Of a stretch of 64,000 bases of DNA, positions 60,530-64,000 are shown in pieces; positions within the stretch are counted from its first letter, which is position 1, and each line of letters opens with the position of its first letter. A model generated the notes under the pieces. It was not told the DNA's origin. It ran no database searches and saw only the letters and a list, made by a program, of their open reading frames with translations. The stretch lies in NCBI GenBank assembly GCA_965219095.1, contig CBDCMT010000001.1, positions 448,001 to 512,000 on the forward strand. Direction: 5' to 3'. The DNA comes from Bdellovibrionales bacterium. GTDB lineage: Bacteria; Bdellovibrionota; Bdellovibrionia; Bdellovibrionales; UBA1609. The position numbers and the translations under genes are program-made.

Positions 60530-61659
60530 TATACCAATTCCAAAAATTAATTCGACAGTCTTTTGTCGCATAGCGTTCGGACTTTTTGATCAAACTCTGT
60601 TAAATTTTTAGAGTGTCGAAAAAAGATTTAGTTACACAAATTCAAGGGTATGATTTTCTAGCTACTTACAAAGTAGAAAGAAGTGCCAACATCAAGATAA
60701 AACTCCAAGCTTTGCAGCATATGCAAGAAGGAAAATCGATTCAAGAAACAGCAAGTATAGTTTTCTATCACCGTCACAGTATCAAATCCTGGTTACAGTC
60801 TTTTGTAGACTTTGATTACGAGGGGTTGATAGATCGAGAAGGCAGAGGGCGCAAGCCTCGTTTACCAGTGACAGAAGAAGAGAACTTCAAAATCAAGTTA
60901 GATGAAATTCAAGACAAGAGAGAAGGAGGAAGCATAGGAGCAAAGGGAATACAGGAACTTTTAGCAAATGAATTTGACTGTTGCTATTCTCTTTCTGGGG
61001 TTTATGCTCTTTTAGACCGTCTTAATATTGTATGGATCAGTGGTCGTTCTCTTCATCCTAAAACTTCACAAGAAGCTATGGAACAGTTTAAGGAACATTT
61101 TCCAGAAGAGGTGGAGAAAATAAAGGAAAAGATTCAGACTCATAAAATAGAGATTTGGTGGCAGGATGAATGCAGAATAGGCCAGCAAGGTTCTTTAAGC
61201 AGGATTTGGGCAAGAAAAGGCACACGACCTAGAGTTGTGAGACAAAGACAATTTTTATCCACTTATATTTTTGGAGCAGTTTGTCCGGATAAAGATAAAG
61301 GCTGTGCTTGGGTTTTACCGGAATGTAATTCAGGGATGATGCAAATTCACTTAGATGAGATATCTAAAAATATTCAAGAAAACTATCATGGAATTGTTTT
61401 AATGGACAGAGCCAGTTGGCATACCACAGAGACTTTGATAGTTCCTAAGAATTTATCCCTGATGCCTTTACCTCCTTATAGTCCAGAATTAAATCCCATG
61501 GAACAAGTCTGGCAACAATTACGAAGGATCAAATTATCGAATGCATGTTTTAAAAACTATGACCATATACTGAATACTTGTTGTGAGGCCTGGAATACTT
61601 TTTGCGATCAGGAGGGCAGGATTAAAAAATTATGCACTCGATCTTGGGCAAAACAATGA
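60530..61659 (+). mobile_element. IS630 species C, left end plus intact transposase, right end absent
   Basis: TATACCAATTCCAAAAATTAATTCGAC; no IR follows the stop codon. Confidence 0.85.
60613..61659 (+). CDS. IS630-family transposase, intact
   Basis: WQDECRIG, MDRASWH, PYSPELNPME. Confidence 0.92.
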   Translation: MSKKDLVTQIQGYDFLATYKVERSANIKIKLQALQHMQEGKSIQETASIVFYHRHSIKSWLQSFVDFDYEGLIDREGRGRKPRLPVTEEENFKIKLDEIQDKREGGSIGAKGIQELLANEFDCCYSLSGVYALLDRLNIVWISGRSLHPKTSQEAMEQFKEHFPEEVEKIKEKIQTHKIEIWWQDECRIGQQGSLSRIWARKGTRPRVVRQRQFLSTYIFGAVCPDKDKGCAWVLPECNSGMMQIHLDEISKNIQENYHGIVLMDRASWHTTETLIVPKNLSLMPLPPYSPELNPMEQVWQQLRRIKLSNACFKNYDHILNTCCEAWNTFCDQEGRIKKLCTRSWAKQ

Positions 61660-61770
61660 GTTTAAAGAAGTAGTTAGAAAAATTATTTCTAATCAGGTGT
61701 ATGAAAAAATTAGCAGTAAAACTGAGAAGGCTTAGGGGTAATAAATAATTAAATTAAATGGATAAAACTT

Positions 61771-63405
61771 ATGGAAAAGAAAGAGCTCATATCAAGAATC
61801 AAGAAAAGAAGAATTGAAGCTCAACTTGAAGGGGTTGAGTTTAAAAAAAGTTGGAGGCAAGAATGCGGCAAGAGCGTATCAGCAATTGCTAATGACGAAA
61901 ACATTTTCAAAGGCTGGCTTGTTATTGGAATCAATGATGATGGCACTTTAGCTGGAAGAGATACGATCTGGCTAAAGAAAACAGAACAAATCATCTCTAA
62001 CCATATCATACAATATCTAGAGCCTTCATGGGCGGTGAAAAGCATTACTTCTGAAAAACTTCAATCAAGTCATTGCCTATTCATTGAAATTCAGAACTCT
62101 CAAGATGTTGTCAAGTGGAACAGCAAGGCTTACCGTTTAATAGGAACGACAAGTTCGGAAATGAAACCTCATGAGGTTATGGCTTTGTCTCTTAGGCTTC
62201 CTGGTTCAGATTTTTCAAAAGCAAAATATGAATCTAATAGCTACGACCCTGCTCTTGTTTCTGCTTTTGCTCAAAAAGTTGTAGAGGAGTTAAATGACTT
62301 TCAAATAGAAGTGGATTCAATAAGTGCTAAGGATATTTTAAGAAAGTTAAATTTAATTGAAACGAATACAGCCGGTATATTATTTGGGGATTTTTCTTGT
62401 AGAGTTGTTCATTTTGACAGCAATGGTGACATTTTAGTTCAGAAAACCCAAAAAGGACTTTATCGCATTCTTTCTGATGAATTTATTGATGGTTTACAAA
62501 ATAGATCTAGGAAAAAGGGAACAATTGTAAGAGGCAATTCTATTTCTGCTATAGAGGAGACTCCTTACCCGATTAAAGCATTGAGAGAAATTTTAGCAAA
62601 TGCCGTCGCTCACTCCCTATATCAGAAAAACCAAGGAGATATTGTTGTTGAAATCCACCCTAACAAAATCACTGTTAGAAACAACTGTTCTATTGAAGCT
62701 AAAGCCTTTGTTGAAAAATGGTTTTCTCGAATGAATAATTCTAGTAACAAACATCTTATGAATACTTTAAGATTGGCTCATATTACAGATGAACAGGGAA
62801 CAGGAAAGATTAGAGTGTTTCGTTTGATGCTTGAAGCTGGAAAACGAGAACCTATTGTTGAGTTTGATGATTTAGTAGATCATGGAAAATGGTCAATTAC
62901 TCTTTTCAACGAGGAAAGCAATGAAAAAATAAAAGAAATTGCTAATGAAATTAAGCAGTATTTTGAAGATGATGATCATTGGAGATTAGCCACAGCTTTA
63001 TTGCTTTGGAGGGAGTATAATTGGTCAAAAATTGAAAGCTTTTTAGATGGGAATTATAAATATATGGCAAATAAAGTTCTTCAAAATATCTATTGCCCCG
63101 TTTTAAAGTATAAGAATAGATTGTTTTTAAAGAGGTGGGCAAAAGTTAAATTAACGGGAAAGAATGCAAAAGGATTTACTGAAGGTGAGAAGGAGTTTTT
63201 ATATAATTTTTTAAGCAACACCTCTTTTGAATCTGAACAAGAAGGCAATATCAGTTCTGCAGATGCAAGAAAATTCATTGGTCTTTCTGACTCCTCTTCT
63301 GAGATGGCACAACTGGCTCGCCTCTTTAGTGAATGGCAAGAGCAAGGAAGAATAAAGATGCTTAAAAGAGGGCATTGGAAGTTTATCGAGCAGAAGAAAA
63401 CTTAG
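61771..63405 (+). CDS. AlbA_2/Schlafen-domain protein with HATPase (RecG-C-like) and probable C-terminal HTH
   Basis: VEFKKS...VSAIAN...LVIGINDDG; ALREILANAVAH; DEQGTG. Confidence 0.82.
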   Translation: MEKKELISRIKKRRIEAQLEGVEFKKSWRQECGKSVSAIANDENIFKGWLVIGINDDGTLAGRDTIWLKKTEQIISNHIIQYLEPSWAVKSITSEKLQSSHCLFIEIQNSQDVVKWNSKAYRLIGTTSSEMKPHEVMALSLRLPGSDFSKAKYESNSYDPALVSAFAQKVVEELNDFQIEVDSISAKDILRKLNLIETNTAGILFGDFSCRVVHFDSNGDILVQKTQKGLYRILSDEFIDGLQNRSRKKGTIVRGNSISAIEETPYPIKALREILANAVAHSLYQKNQGDIVVEIHPNKITVRNNCSIEAKAFVEKWFSRMNNSSNKHLMNTLRLAHITDEQGTGKIRVFRLMLEAGKREPIVEFDDLVDHGKWSITLFNEESNEKIKEIANEIKQYFEDDDHWRLATALLLWREYNWSKIESFLDGNYKYMANKVLQNIYCPVLKYKNRLFLKRWAKVKLTGKNAKGFTEGEKEFLYNFLSNTSFESEQEGNISSADARKFIGLSDSSSEMAQLARLFSEWQEQGRIKMLKRGHWKFIEQKKT

Positions 63406-63406
63406 G

Positions 63407-63585
63407 ATGTCGCCTGAGTGCCGCCTAGTTAAAACTAACCTCAAGAGAGACAGTTATAAACTGTAACTTATTGATATTACTTGGTTTTTATCTATATGTC
63501 GCCTGAGTGTCGCCTGCGGAAAGATAAGGCCATGCAAGACTGTTAATCTAGCACAACCTATTGATATTATTTGGTTTTTCTCTAA
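63407..63585. repeat. Two ~90-bp units with conserved boxes (att/arm-site-like)
   Basis: ATGTCGCCTGAGTGYCGCCT at 63407 and 63496; AACYTATTGATATTAYTTGGTTTTT at 63465 and 63555. Confidence 0.85.
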
Positions 63586-63741
63586 ATAATCACTCGGATT
63601 CTACATGTAACCTGAATTCCCCCAAGGTTTTGAACTAGGTTTCAGGACTTAAAGTGTGATAGTTGCGACGTTCAGGCTTTTGATAACTAAACCCAGCTTT
63701 CTTTAAAACTACCCAAACATGGCCTCGAGAAATCTCCACCT

Positions 63742-64000
63742 TATACCATTTCCAAAAATTAATTCGACATTCTTTTAACGCATTGCGTCCTGGCTTTTTG
63801 ATCAAACTCTGTTAAATTTTTAGAGTGTCGAAAAAAGATTTAGTTACACAAATTCAAGGGTATGATTTTCTAGCTACTTACAAAGTAGAAAGAAGTGCCA
63901 ACATCAAGATAAAACTCCAAGCTTTGCAGCATATGCAAGAAGGAAAATCGATTCAAGAAACAGCAAGTATAGTTTTCTATCACCGTCACAGTATCAAATC
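63742..64000 (+). mobile_element. IS630 species C, runs off the window end
   Basis: Left IR and transposase start match 60530 onward. Confidence 0.9.

Noticed and set aside
59150..60530. Integron cassette interpretation (GCTAAC and ATATAAC cores)
   Set aside because: No paired attC inverted structure and no integron integrase seen.
63407..63585. Possible mini CRISPR array
   Set aside because: Only two units, the middles are partly similar to each other, there is no palindromic repeat and no adjacent cas gene.

Overview
AT-rich bacterial chromosome segment, probably Bdellovibrionota-like (inferred from DUF4105, a DUF2799 lipoprotein and a eukaryote-type AdoMetDC). Intact housekeeping blocks (fmt-def; LysR/rocD; speD-speE-trmH; queF plus tRNA-Arg/Thr/Tyr; hisS-DUF1223-oppDFABC; FKBP; queA-tgt-yajC-secD-secF; tRNA-Leu) alternate with heavy insertion-sequence damage. 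Roughly a third of the window is IS-derived: three IS630 species, several IS1634, IS66, ISL3, IS256, IS5, plus IS701/IS481/IS3 remnants and MITEs. Two decayed integrative elements sit at tRNA-Tyr (split tyrosine integrase) and tRNA-Leu (two large serine recombinase fragments). Defence-type cargo comprises a type II-B Cas9-like HNH fragment, a PD-(D/E)xK nuclease plus Dam-type methylase, an AlbA/Schlafen-HATPase protein and a NYN (PIN-fold) RNase. The best candidate for an undescribed system is the NYN gene. It is preceded by its own sigma70-like promoter and a ~65-nt two-hairpin RNA ending in a U-tract, an architecture resembling RNA-antitoxin (type III TA / AbiF-like) modules. No CRISPR array or rRNA was seen. 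Family assignments come from motif recognition by eye, not from database searches.
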